64,000 nt of DNA, from positions 1,117 through 65,116 of the forward strand of contig JAXGTH010000001.1 in the NCBI GenBank assembly GCA_040775045.1. Reading direction: 5' to 3'. How positions within the stretch are numbered: position 1 is the stretch's first letter; every line of letters begins with the position of its first letter. A program made the position numbers and the translations under genes. Below are positions 46,747-56,194 of the stretch, one piece after another. Source of the DNA: Bacteroidales bacterium. GTDB lineage: Bacteria > Bacteroidota > Bacteroidia > Bacteroidales > B18-G4. The notes beneath the pieces are model-generated. The model had not been told where the DNA came from, made no database searches, and was given only the letters and a program-made list of their open reading frames with translations.

Positions 46747-49700
46747 ATGATCATTTTTTACCAGGTAACTCCCAGAAAGTTTTATGCGCTCAAGGTGAAA
46801 TCGGCCTTGTCCAGGACCGACAAGGAAAAACTTTCATGGTTGTTTGAAGAGTGTGAGCCCGTTCCCGGGGAAAAACTGTCCGGCACTTTTATCGGTCCGC
46901 GTAAAGAGATGATCACCCCATGGAGCACCAATGCAGTGGAGATCACCAGGAACATGGGTGTACACGGCATCGAGCGGATCGAAGAGTTTTTTCTCACCGA
47001 CGATGCCGACCCGGCTTACGACCGGATGTTGCAGGCCAGGTATACGGGCCTTGACCAGGATATCTTCACGATAAACCGTAAACCCGAACCTGTGACCTTC
47101 CTGCACGATATCAGGGCCTATAACGAAAGCGAAGGGCTTGCGCTCAGCGATGAAGAGATCGAATACCTCGACGGGATCAGTGAGAAGATAGGCAGGAAGC
47201 TCACCGACAGCGAGGTTTATGGTTTTGCACAGGTAAACTCGGAACACTGCCGGCATAAGATCTTCAATGGTACCTTCATCATCGACGGAAAGGAGAAAAA
47301 AGAATCCCTGTTCGCACTCATCAAGAAAACTTCAAAAGTAAATCCCAATAAGCTGGTTTCAGCTTATAAGGATAACGTTGCGTTTGTCCTGGGCCCTCCG
47401 GCCGAGCAATTTGCGCCTGCAAACCAGGATAAGGCCGACTATTTTGAGATTACCGATATCGATACGGTGCTGTCGCTCAAGGCCGAAACACATAACTTCC
47501 CTACAACGGTCGAACCTTTTAACGGTGCATCAACGGGAACCGGCGGCGAGATCCGCGACCGGCTGGCAGGCGGAAAAGCCAGCATACCACTGATCGGCAC
47601 TGCCGTATATATGACCTCTTATCCCCGCCTGGAAGGGCAAAGGAGGTGGGAATCATTCAGCAAGGCAAGGCCGTGGCTCTACCAGACTCCGGCAGAGATC
47701 CTGATCAAGGCCTCCAACGGAGCAAGCGATTTCGGGAATAAGTTCGGCCAGCCACTGGTTTGTGGCAGCCTGCTCACTTTTGAGCATGAAAGCAACGACA
47801 AGACCTTCGGCTATGATAAAGTGGTCATGCTGGCTGGAGGAGTCGGCTTTGCAAGGAAAGAAGACAGCGAAAAGGAAGCCCCGGAAGCCGGCGACATCAT
47901 CGTTGTGCTTGGTGGCGATAACTACCGCATCGGGATGGGCGGGGGAGCCGTATCATCGGTTGATACCGGTGAATACGGCAATGCCATCGAACTGAATGCG
48001 GTTCAGCGTGCCAACCCCGAAATGCAGAAAAGAGTGGCCAACGTCATCAGGGCCATGGCCGAGCAACAGCGCAACCCGATCATCTCCATCCACGACCATG
48101 GTGCGGGTGGGCACCTTAATTCCCTGTCGGAACTGGTAGAAGCTTCCGGCGGAAGGATCAACATCAGGAAACTACCCGTCGGTGATCCCACACTGTCGGC
48201 CAGGGAGATCATCGGAAATGAATCACAGGAAAGGATGGGACTGGTCATCAAGCCGGAGAATATTGAATTGCTGGAAGAGATCGCCGACCGTGAAAGGGCT
48301 CCTATATTCAAGGTGGGTAAAGTTACCGGCGACATGAAACTTGTCTTCGAAGATGAAGCGAAAAATCCCATCGACCTCAAGATCGAATATCTTTTCGGCA
48401 ATCCGCCCCGGACAACCCTGAACGACAATACTGCAGGTAATGCTTTCAGCGCTCCCGAATATGCGACTGAAAAGCTCGGGGATTACCTGGAAGACCTGTT
48501 GCAGATGGAAGCCGTGGCCTGCAAGGACTGGCTCACCAACAAGGTCGACAGGTCGGTTACCGGTCGTGTGGGCCTGCAGCAGTGCACGGGCCCCATCCAA
48601 TTGCCACTCAACAACCTGGGTATCGCTGCCCTCGATTACCGTGGCATCAAAGGCATTGCAACGGCCATCGGCCACGCCCCCGTGGCCGGACTGGTATCGG
48701 CCGAAAATGGTTCAGTGCTGGCGGTGGCCGAAGCACTCACCAACATTGTATGGGCGCCCATAACCGATGGGATCAAAGGGATCTCCCTCAGTGCCAACTG
48801 GATGTGGCCTGCCAGGAATGCGGGTGAAGATGCACGTCTGTACCATGCCGTCAAGGCAGTGAGCGATTTTGCCATTAAACTGGGGATCAACATCCCGACA
48901 GGCAAGGACAGTCTCTCGATGACACAGAAATACCCTGACGGGAAAAAGGTATTTTCACCAGGAACGGTGATCATCTCGGCCATGGGCGAGTGCACTGATA
49001 TTAAAAAAGCCGTCAGCCCTTACCTTGCCCTGCATTACGATGCCCCGGTCATATATGTTGATTTCTCGGGCGACAGCCACTGCCTTGGCGGAAGCAGCTT
49101 TGCCCAGATGGTGAACGGATTGGGCCCAACAACGCCGACAGTTAAGGATCCTGACAGATTCATAAAGGCTTTCACTGCCCTGCAGGAATGTATCAAGGCC
49201 GGGCTCATCCTCGCCGGACATGATATTTCGGCCGGAGGACTGATCACAAGCCTCCTGGAGATGACTTTCCCGGTCAACGATATGGGCCTTGACCTCAGCC
49301 TCGACAGTACAGGTGAAAAAGATATCATTAAACTGCTCTTCAGTGAAAATCCGGGGGTGATCATGCAGGTAAAGGATAGCGGGAAGGTGCTCGAGCTGTT
49401 TCAAAAGCAGGGTATCGCTGCCCACCTGCTTGGCAAGACCATCAGGGAACTCAGGGTGGATATTGCCCATGAAGGAATGAAATATTCCTTCGACATCAAC
49501 AGGTACAGAAAGATCTGGTATAAGACCTCCTACCTCTTCGATTCCCTGCAGACCGGGTCAGGCCTGGCCGTTGCGAGATATGAGAATTATTGCAGGCAGG
49601 ATCTCAGGTTCAATTTTCCGAAAACATTCGGGGGAGGGTTAACTGAATACAGGATCAGTCATGAGCGCAGGGACAAAAGTGGTGTCAGGGCTGCCATCAT

Positions 49701-50433
49701 CAGGGAGAAGGGTGTGAACGGCGACCGTGAGATGGCTTACTCCATGTACCTGGCTGGATTTGACGTTAAGGACGTGCATATGACCGATCTCATTTCCGGC
49801 CAGGAAACCCTCGAGGATATCAACTTCATCGTGTTTGTTGGGGGCTTCTCCAATTCCGACGTTCTGGGTTCGGCAAAAGGCTGGGCAGGCGCATTCCTGT
49901 TCAATCCCAGGGCAAAGGAAACCCTGGACATGTTCTATTCGAGGAATGATACCCTGAGCCTGGGCATATGTAACGGTTGCCAGCTCATGGTCGAACTGGG
50001 CCTCATTTATCCCGATCATCCCGAACAGCCAAAAATGAAACCGAATAAATCGGGTAAATTCGAGTCAGCCTTCCTGAATGTGAGCATCGAAGAGAACGAG
50101 AGCGTGATGCTCGGGAGCCTTTCGGGTTCCAGGCTGGGTATCTGGGTTGCCCACGGTGAGGGAAGGTTTTGTTTTCCTTACTACAACGATAAGTATATTA
50201 TCCCTGTAACATACACTTACGAGGCTTATCCGGGAAATCCGAATGGTTCTGATTTCAATGCGGCAGCCATTTGCTCGAACGATGGCCGCCACCTGGCCAT
50301 GATGCCGCACCTGGAAAGGGCTGTATTCCCGTGGCAATGGGCTTACTATCCTGAAGACCGTACTTCTGATGAGGTTTCGCCATGGATAGAAGCTTTTGTG
50401 AATGCACGGAAATGGATCGAGAAAAATACCTGA
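46747..50433 (+). CDS. purL: Phosphoribosylformylglycinamidine synthase, single-chain large form
   Basis: 1228 aa, with 'SEHCRHKIF', 'ETHNFPT.VEPFNGA.TG.GG.IRD' and the C-terminal glutaminase 'LGICNGCQ' and 'MMPH.ER'. Confidence 0.95.
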   Translation: MIIFYQVTPRKFYALKVKSALSRTDKEKLSWLFEECEPVPGEKLSGTFIGPRKEMITPWSTNAVEITRNMGVHGIERIEEFFLTDDADPAYDRMLQARYTGLDQDIFTINRKPEPVTFLHDIRAYNESEGLALSDEEIEYLDGISEKIGRKLTDSEVYGFAQVNSEHCRHKIFNGTFIIDGKEKKESLFALIKKTSKVNPNKLVSAYKDNVAFVLGPPAEQFAPANQDKADYFEITDIDTVLSLKAETHNFPTTVEPFNGASTGTGGEIRDRLAGGKASIPLIGTAVYMTSYPRLEGQRRWESFSKARPWLYQTPAEILIKASNGASDFGNKFGQPLVCGSLLTFEHESNDKTFGYDKVVMLAGGVGFARKEDSEKEAPEAGDIIVVLGGDNYRIGMGGGAVSSVDTGEYGNAIELNAVQRANPEMQKRVANVIRAMAEQQRNPIISIHDHGAGGHLNSLSELVEASGGRINIRKLPVGDPTLSAREIIGNESQERMGLVIKPENIELLEEIADRERAPIFKVGKVTGDMKLVFEDEAKNPIDLKIEYLFGNPPRTTLNDNTAGNAFSAPEYATEKLGDYLEDLLQMEAVACKDWLTNKVDRSVTGRVGLQQCTGPIQLPLNNLGIAALDYRGIKGIATAIGHAPVAGLVSAENGSVLAVAEALTNIVWAPITDGIKGISLSANWMWPARNAGEDARLYHAVKAVSDFAIKLGINIPTGKDSLSMTQKYPDGKKVFSPGTVIISAMGECTDIKKAVSPYLALHYDAPVIYVDFSGDSHCLGGSSFAQMVNGLGPTTPTVKDPDRFIKAFTALQECIKAGLILAGHDISAGGLITSLLEMTFPVNDMGLDLSLDSTGEKDIIKLLFSENPGVIMQVKDSGKVLELFQKQGIAAHLLGKTIRELRVDIAHEGMKYSFDINRYRKIWYKTSYLFDSLQTGSGLAVARYENYCRQDLRFNFPKTFGGGLTEYRISHERRDKSGVRAAIIREKGVNGDREMAYSMYLAGFDVKDVHMTDLISGQETLEDINFIVFVGGFSNSDVLGSAKGWAGAFLFNPRAKETLDMFYSRNDTLSLGICNGCQLMVELGLIYPDHPEQPKMKPNKSGKFESAFLNVSIEENESVMLGSLSGSRLGIWVAHGEGRFCFPYYNDKYIIPVTYTYEAYPGNPNGSDFNAAAICSNDGRHLAMMPHLERAVFPWQWAYYPEDRTSDEVSPWIEAFVNARKWIEKNT

Positions 50434-50439
50434 GCTGAA

Positions 50440-51201
50440 ATGAGAAAGACAGTTTTCATTACCGGTGCCACAGCCGGGATAGGAGAGGCATGTGCAAAGA
50501 AATTTGCCTCGATGGGATATCAGATCATTATCACGGGAAGGAGGAAAAAGCGCCTGGACAAACTGGCTGCCATGCTGGAAAAAGACTTTAGGACAGCCGC
50601 TCTTCCCTTGGTTCTTGATGTCAGGGACAAGGCCAGGGTGAAAGCCATGATAGGTTCGTTGCCCGATGACTGGAACAGTATCGATGTGCTCATCAATAAC
50701 GCCGGCCTGGCATTGGGCCTGGATCACTTCCATGAAGGGTCGGAGGATGACTGGGATGTCATGATCGACACCAATATCAAAGGATTGCTTTATGTCGGGA
50801 GGGCGGTCGCACAGCTGATGGTCTCACAGGGATACGGGCACATCATCAATATCGGTTCCATCGCCGGTAAGGAGGTATATCCCAAAGGCAATGTATACAG
50901 TGCGACGAAACATGCTGTTGATGCCATTACCAAAGGCATGAGGCTCGACTTGCTCGGCAAGGGCATCAGGGTGTCCCAGCTGGCCCCCGGAGCTGTTGAG
51001 ACAGAATTCAGCATGGTGCGTTTCAAGGGGGATGAAGAGAGGGCAGCCAGGGTGTACAGGGATTATATACCGCTTAAGGCTGAAGATATTGCTGAAGTGG
51101 CTTACTTTGTAACAACACTTCCGCCACACGTCAATATTAATGATGTAGTGATCATGCCTGCCGACCAGGCGAATGCCGTCACGTTCGATAAAAAAAAATA
51201 A
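50440..51201 (+). CDS. SDR-family NAD(P)-dependent oxidoreductase (YdfG-like)
   Basis: 'ITGATAGIGEA', 'NNAG' and 'YSATKHAV'. Confidence 0.85.
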   Translation: MRKTVFITGATAGIGEACAKKFASMGYQIIITGRRKKRLDKLAAMLEKDFRTAALPLVLDVRDKARVKAMIGSLPDDWNSIDVLINNAGLALGLDHFHEGSEDDWDVMIDTNIKGLLYVGRAVAQLMVSQGYGHIINIGSIAGKEVYPKGNVYSATKHAVDAITKGMRLDLLGKGIRVSQLAPGAVETEFSMVRFKGDEERAARVYRDYIPLKAEDIAEVAYFVTTLPPHVNINDVVIMPADQANAVTFDKKK

Positions 51202-51255
51202 GATTTTAAGGTTTTTTTCTAATATTGTATCCCGAATCCATGTTGAATTAATCTG

Positions 51256-53025
51256 ATGAGGATGGAAATCAAGCGGATCTTCGATCTCTTACCCTACTAC
51301 AAAAGCAACTTTGAACCCAAAGACGATGTCCTTGCCGGAAAGGAAGACGGCATCTGGGTAAAATACAGTATCGACCAGTATATCGAAATCGTTGACCATA
51401 TCAGTTACGGTCTGATCAGCTTAGGCATCATGCCCGGCGACCGCGTAGCCACCATATCCAATAACAGGCCTGAATGGAATTTTCTTGATATGGCCATTTC
51501 GCGTATCGGCGCTATCCACGTGCCTGTATACCCCACCATCAGCGAAGCTGACTATACCTATATCCTGAACCATTCGGGAGTCAAGCTGGTATTTGTGGCA
51601 GGTAAGGAACTGCTGAGAAAGATACAGCACATCCTGCCGGAGGTAAAAAGCCTTGAAGGGCTATACACCTTCAAGCACATTGACGATGTAAAACACCTGG
51701 ACGAACTCATTAATCTGGGAAAGGAAAATCCCGTCCCGGAGGAAGTACATAAGCGAAGTGAAGCGATCAACGAGCACGACGTGGTTACGATCATCTATAC
51801 TTCGGGGACTACAGGTATCCCAAAAGGGGTGATGCTGTCGCACCATAACCTGCTCAGCAATGCCATGGCGGTGTACCACATATTCCCGATCGACCAGTAT
51901 TCGCGCGGCCTGAGCTACCTGCCGCTATGCCATGTCTATGAGCGGATGAACATCTATACCTACCATTATCTCGGCACCTCGATCTATTATGCCGAGAATA
52001 TGGGGACGATAGGCGACAATATCAGGGAGATCAGCCCCCACATCCTTACCACGGTACCCCGTTTGCTCGAAAAAGTATATGACAAGATCATGGCAAAGGG
52101 GCACAAGCTCTCGGGGATCAAAAAGAAGTTGTTCTTCTGGGCAGTAGGCCTGGGCCTGAACTATGAGGTGAGCGGGAAAAGCATGTTTTACAGGATACAG
52201 CTTGCCATTGCCAACAAGCTTATCTTCAGTAAATGGCGTGAAGCCCTCGGCGGACAGATGCGGGTGATCGTGTCGGGTGGTGCTGCCCTTCAGCCGAGGC
52301 TTGCAAAGGTCTTTACTGCCGCCCGCATTCCTGTGCTCGAAGGTTATGGCCTTACCGAAACCTCACCTGTTGTCGCAGTGAATACTTTCGACAAGGGCGG
52401 GACGGCGTTCGGAACCGTAGGGAAGCCCCTTGCCAATGTAGAGGTGAAAATCGCCGACGATGGTGAGATCCTCGTTAAGGGTCCCAATGTGATGAAAGGT
52501 TATTACATGGAGCCCGATCAGACTGCCGCAGTCATCGATACCGATAACTGGTTCCATACCGGTGATATCGGAAGGCTTGAGCCTGAAGGACACCTGCGCA
52601 TCACCGGAAGGAAAAAAGAGATCTTTAAAACCTCCCTGGGCAAATACATCAGCCCCGCCCAGATCGAAAATAAATTCACCGAATCACCAATGATCGACGC
52701 CCTCATGGTGGTAGGGGAGAACCAGAAATACGCGGCAGCGCTCATCGTCCCTGATTTCACCTACCTGCGCACCTGGTGCCAGGAAAACCAGGTCAAATAC
52801 AGCACCAACGAGGAAATGGTGGGGCAAAAACCCGTCAGGGACCTTTTCAAGCGGGAAGTCGATCACTTCAATACCTTCCTTGGAAATACCGAAAAGATCA
52901 TGAACTTTGACATCATGGGGAAGGAATGGTCGGTTGAGAACGGAGAACTTACCGCCAGCCTCAAGCTGAGGCGTAATTTCATCATGGAAAAATATGCCGG
53001 AGAAGTGGAAGGACTTTTTAAATAA
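51256..53025 (+). CDS. Long-chain-fatty-acid--CoA ligase (AMP-forming)
   Basis: 'IIYTSGTTGIPKGVMLSHHN', 'GYGLTETS' and 'WFHTGDIG'. The alternative start is ATG 51262. Confidence 0.85.
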   Translation: MRMEIKRIFDLLPYYKSNFEPKDDVLAGKEDGIWVKYSIDQYIEIVDHISYGLISLGIMPGDRVATISNNRPEWNFLDMAISRIGAIHVPVYPTISEADYTYILNHSGVKLVFVAGKELLRKIQHILPEVKSLEGLYTFKHIDDVKHLDELINLGKENPVPEEVHKRSEAINEHDVVTIIYTSGTTGIPKGVMLSHHNLLSNAMAVYHIFPIDQYSRGLSYLPLCHVYERMNIYTYHYLGTSIYYAENMGTIGDNIREISPHILTTVPRLLEKVYDKIMAKGHKLSGIKKKLFFWAVGLGLNYEVSGKSMFYRIQLAIANKLIFSKWREALGGQMRVIVSGGAALQPRLAKVFTAARIPVLEGYGLTETSPVVAVNTFDKGGTAFGTVGKPLANVEVKIADDGEILVKGPNVMKGYYMEPDQTAAVIDTDNWFHTGDIGRLEPEGHLRITGRKKEIFKTSLGKYISPAQIENKFTESPMIDALMVVGENQKYAAALIVPDFTYLRTWCQENQVKYSTNEEMVGQKPVRDLFKREVDHFNTFLGNTEKIMNFDIMGKEWSVENGELTASLKLRRNFIMEKYAGEVEGLFK

Positions 53026-53036
53026 TGGTACTGAAC

Positions 53037-54038
53037 TCAGTGCATGATCCTGAAAACCATTTCCCTCAGAAGTTCTCCTTCTGAAGCCGATACATTGTTC
53101 AGCCCTTTTGATTTCAGGTCATACTCCCTCAACATCTTTATGGCACGAAGGCTTCTTTCGAGCGTAAAAAACCTTGCCGCATTCCGGTAATCACCCACGA
53201 AGAATGGACTGACCGAAAGCTCGGCAGCCACCTTCTTGTTATCGCTTTTATCTTTCAGGGAATGGAAGATCATGATCTTGGCGAAAAACTGATACAAGAG
53301 TGTCGTGGTGAGCACAAGCGGATTACTCCTGGGATTGGCTGCAAAATGCTTGCATATGAGGTTTACCCGGTAATGATCATTTTCGCCCATGGCCTTTTGC
53401 AGTTCGAACACGTTAAAGTCCTTACTGATGCCTATGTTTTCCTCAATCACGGCCTCATCGATCCTTTCGCCGGGTTTCAGGCTTATGGAAAGCTTACCCA
53501 GTTCCATGCTGATCCTGGTGAGGTCGTTGCCAAGATGCGCCGTCAAAAGGCGCGCGGCACCAGGGGTGATCGTCATGTTACTGCTCTTCAGATAGCTTTC
53601 GATCCATGCCGGGACCTGGTTGTCGTACAGCCGGTCGGACCTGAACCAGACCCCTGTTTTCTGGATGCTTTTGGCCAGCGTTTTCCGTGAATCGTAGGCC
53701 TGGTGCTTATGGCATATCACCAGGATGGTGGACGGTACCGGGGCATCTGCATAACGCACGAGTTCATCCAGCTTGTCGATCACCTGTGCTTCCCTGACGA
53801 TCACCACCTGGTAGTTGGCCATCATGGGGTAACGCCTGGCAGTGTCGATGATCGTCCCTACGTTGGTATCCTTGCCGTAAAGGATGGTCTGGTTAAATTC
53901 CCTGTCGGCCTCTGAAAGCACATGGTCGGCAATATAATCGGTGATGATGTCGATGAAATACTCTTCTTCGCCATGCAGGAAATATACGGGTTTGTATATT
54001 TTGTTCTTCAGGTCGTTAAGGATCTCGTGGAATTTCAT
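53037..54038 (-). CDS. holA: DNA polymerase III delta subunit
   Basis: 'PVYFLHGEEEYFID' at the N-terminus, plus size and layout typical of Bacteroidota HolA. It has a 4-nt overlap with amn. Confidence 0.8.
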   Translation of the reverse strand: MKFHEILNDLKNKIYKPVYFLHGEEEYFIDIITDYIADHVLSEADREFNQTILYGKDTNVGTIIDTARRYPMMANYQVVIVREAQVIDKLDELVRYADAPVPSTILVICHKHQAYDSRKTLAKSIQKTGVWFRSDRLYDNQVPAWIESYLKSSNMTITPGAARLLTAHLGNDLTRISMELGKLSISLKPGERIDEAVIEENIGISKDFNVFELQKAMGENDHYRVNLICKHFAANPRSNPLVLTTTLLYQFFAKIMIFHSLKDKSDNKKVAAELSVSPFFVGDYRNAARFFTLERSLRAIKMLREYDLKSKGLNNVSASEGELLREMVFRIMH

Positions 54039-54832
54039 ATGCCGTCCTGGTCGTCCTTATAGTCGAAATAGAGATGTTTTACCGTCAGGCCCTTATTGAT
54101 GAGCATTTTGAGGGCATCGATGCCGATCCGGAGATGATTTTCCGTGAATTTTTCGCTCACTTCATTATCGCTTTGCTGTGTCTTCACCCCGCTGGAGATC
54201 ATGGGCTGGTCGGAAACGAGCAATAGCGCTCCCGAAGGGATCTCGTTATGGAAACCAACGATGAATATGGTTGCCGTTTCCATGTCGATGGCCATGCTGC
54301 GCGTGCGCCGGAGGTGTTCCTTGAAATTGTCGTCGTACTCCCACACCCTGCGGTTGGTGGTGTAAACGGTACCGGTCCAGTAGTCGAGCCCGGAATCGCG
54401 TATGGTTGTCGAAACGGCTTTCTGAAGGTTAAAGGCCGGCAGGGCAGGCACCGACTTGTGCATGTAATCGTCTGAAGTACCCTCACCCCTGATGGCCGCG
54501 ATGGGGAGGATGAGGTCGCCTACCTCATTTTTTCGCTTGAGGCCGCCGCATTTGCCGAGGAAAAGTGCGGCCTTGGGTTGGATGGCGCTCAGCAGGTCCA
54601 TGATGGTGGCAGCATTTGCACTGCCAATGCCAAAATTGATGATGGTGATGTTATTGGCCGTGGCACAGGGCATGGGCCTGTTCATGCCCCTGATCTCCAC
54701 ATTGTTCCATGCGGCAAAAAGCTCGACATATTTCGTGAAGTTTGTCAGGAGAATATATTTGCCGAAATTCTCGAGCTTTTCTCCCGTATACCTCGGGAGC
54801 CAGTTTTGTACGATCTCTTCCTTTGTTTTCAT
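54035..54832 (-). CDS. amn: AMP nucleosidase (short Bacteroidota form, PNP_UDP_1 fold)
   Basis: 'WLPRYTG', 'FLGKCGGL' and 'AIDMETATIF'. Confidence 0.75.
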   Translation of the reverse strand: MKTKEEIVQNWLPRYTGEKLENFGKYILLTNFTKYVELFAAWNNVEIRGMNRPMPCATANNITIINFGIGSANAATIMDLLSAIQPKAALFLGKCGGLKRKNEVGDLILPIAAIRGEGTSDDYMHKSVPALPAFNLQKAVSTTIRDSGLDYWTGTVYTTNRRVWEYDDNFKEHLRRTRSMAIDMETATIFIVGFHNEIPSGALLLVSDQPMISSGVKTQQSDNEVSEKFTENHLRIGIDALKMLINKGLTVKHLYFDYKDDQDGI

Positions 54833-54849
54833 GCCGGCACGATTTTTAA

Positions 54850-54857
54850 CAAAAATA
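54850..54857 (-). promoter_or_regulatory. -7 box TATTTTTG for amn-holA
   Basis: CAAAAATA on the plus strand, 17 nt from the amn ATG. Confidence 0.45.
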
Positions 54858-54915
54858 AGGCTTTTATGACATTAGCCTCCCTGCAGGATGACCGAAAAAC
54901 CTTCCTTCCGAAAAT

Positions 54916-54929
54916 TTTTTTGCAAAAAA
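54916..54929. promoter_or_regulatory. Perfect 14-nt palindrome TTTTTTGCAAAAAA in the amn/lanC divergent region
   Basis: Read directly. It is centred about 42 nt upstream of the lanC ATG. Confidence 0.3.
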
Positions 54930-54951
54930 GGTGCGACATTTTTGCATTTTC

Positions 54952-54961
54952 GGTATTAATA
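54952..54961 (+). promoter_or_regulatory. GGTATTAATA core of the shared cassette motif, 3 nt before the lanC ATG
   Basis: It has the same 10-mer and the same sense orientation as upstream of the DUF559 and four-helix-bundle genes. Confidence 0.3.
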
Positions 54962-54964
54962 GAT

Positions 54965-56194
54965 ATGGGGTGGAAGGTTTTTCTTCCTGAAAGGTTCTTC
55001 GAACCTGTGGAAAACAAGATCCATGAAATAGCTGGATCGGTCGGGGACTGTGTCCCGGAAGGGCCGGGATTGATGGGTGGAAAGGCAGGTTTGGCTTGTT
55101 TCTATGCCTGCTATGCCGACTGGACAGGGGACCGGGCCGCCGACGGGCTGGCAGCAGACCTGATTGGGCAGGCGCTCAATCCTGCTGCCGGCCGTTTTCC
55201 TTCCTTCAGCCATTCCGATGGACTGGCAGGCATAGCCTGGCTCATCCATGTCCTGGCAAAAGAGGGGATCCTAACACACGACGCTTCTTCCGTGTTTGAT
55301 TACCTTGATGGCCCGCTCTATGAGGCCATGATGGCCGAGATCAGGGCGGGGAATTATGATTTCCTGCACGGGGCTTTAGGCATTTCCCTCTATTTCCTGA
55401 GGCAAACGAACAACCGGAAATACCGGCTGTACCTTGCGGAAATGGTCAGTGTACTCGGGAATAATGCGGAACAGGATGACGCAGGCGGCCTGAAGTGGAT
55501 GTCTGTACTTGAGCCAGAATCCGGAAAAACAGGCTATAACCTGAGTTTGTCTCATGGCATGGCCTCGATCGTGATCATGCTCGCCAGGTTTATCCATGCC
55601 GGCATTTCTGTTACCGATTGCAGCGTGTTGCTTGCGGCTTTAATGAAGTACTTCGACCGCCAATGGCTTGACCCCGAAGAGCATCAGTCTTGTTTTCCGG
55701 CCTGGGCCATCGAAAGCATGGACGAACTTCATGCAAGCCGCCTGGCCTGGTGCTATGGTGATCCGGGGATTGGCCTGGCGTATTATGAAGCAGGAAAATG
55801 CCTGCAGGGAACCTCATATATGAGCCGTGGACTGGATATCCTGATGCGTTCTGCGGAAAGAAGGGATCCTGCCGACAATGGGGTGAGGGATGCAGGGATC
55901 TGCCACGGCGCTGCCGGTCTGGCGTTATTTTACAACATCCTTTATCAGAAAACCGGGTACACGGTCTTCGCTGAAGCTTCATTGCACTGGCTTGACGTTT
56001 GCCTGAACATGGCCGTGCACGATACCGGTATTGCCGGATATAAGAGTTGGTACCTGCCGGAGTATGGAGGTTGGAAGAACAATGCCGGATTACTCGAAGG
56101 CGCCGCAGGTATCGGGCTTGTGCTCTTGTCATTCATTCACCAGCGAAAGCCTGCATGGGCCGGTGGGCTGTTATTATCCGTTGAAAATGCATAA
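54965..56194 (+). CDS. lanC: LanC-like lanthionine cyclase
   Basis: 'LSLSHGMASI' (active-site His), 'AWCYGDPGIG' and 'GICHGAAGLALF' (Zn ligands Cys/Cys-His), and Gly-rich repeats 'GLMGGKAGL' and 'LLEGAAGIGL'. The start is set to ATG 54965 because the ORF-track 5' extension overlaps amn; ATG 54866 is not excluded. Confidence 0.85.
   Translation: MGWKVFLPERFFEPVENKIHEIAGSVGDCVPEGPGLMGGKAGLACFYACYADWTGDRAADGLAADLIGQALNPAAGRFPSFSHSDGLAGIAWLIHVLAKEGILTHDASSVFDYLDGPLYEAMMAEIRAGNYDFLHGALGISLYFLRQTNNRKYRLYLAEMVSVLGNNAEQDDAGGLKWMSVLEPESGKTGYNLSLSHGMASIVIMLARFIHAGISVTDCSVLLAALMKYFDRQWLDPEEHQSCFPAWAIESMDELHASRLAWCYGDPGIGLAYYEAGKCLQGTSYMSRGLDILMRSAERRDPADNGVRDAGICHGAAGLALFYNILYQKTGYTVFAEASLHWLDVCLNMAVHDTGIAGYKSWYLPEYGGWKNNAGLLEGAAGIGLVLLSFIHQRKPAWAGGLLLSVENA

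Noticed and set aside
54578-54964. A 5' extension of the LanC ORF (538-aa model).
   Set aside because: It overlaps the amn coding sequence on the opposite strand and spans the divergent promoter region. LanC-like sequence begins after ATG 54965. ATG 54866 remains a weak alternative.
56031-56186. A 5' extension of the LanB ORF, and similarly 59291-59434 for the ABC exporter ORF.
   Set aside because: The first overlaps the lanC 3' end in another frame. The second begins at a TTG and translates the heptamer repeat array (SVLISQYSYLNTHISILIS). The conserved N-termini start at ATG 56187 and ATG 59435.
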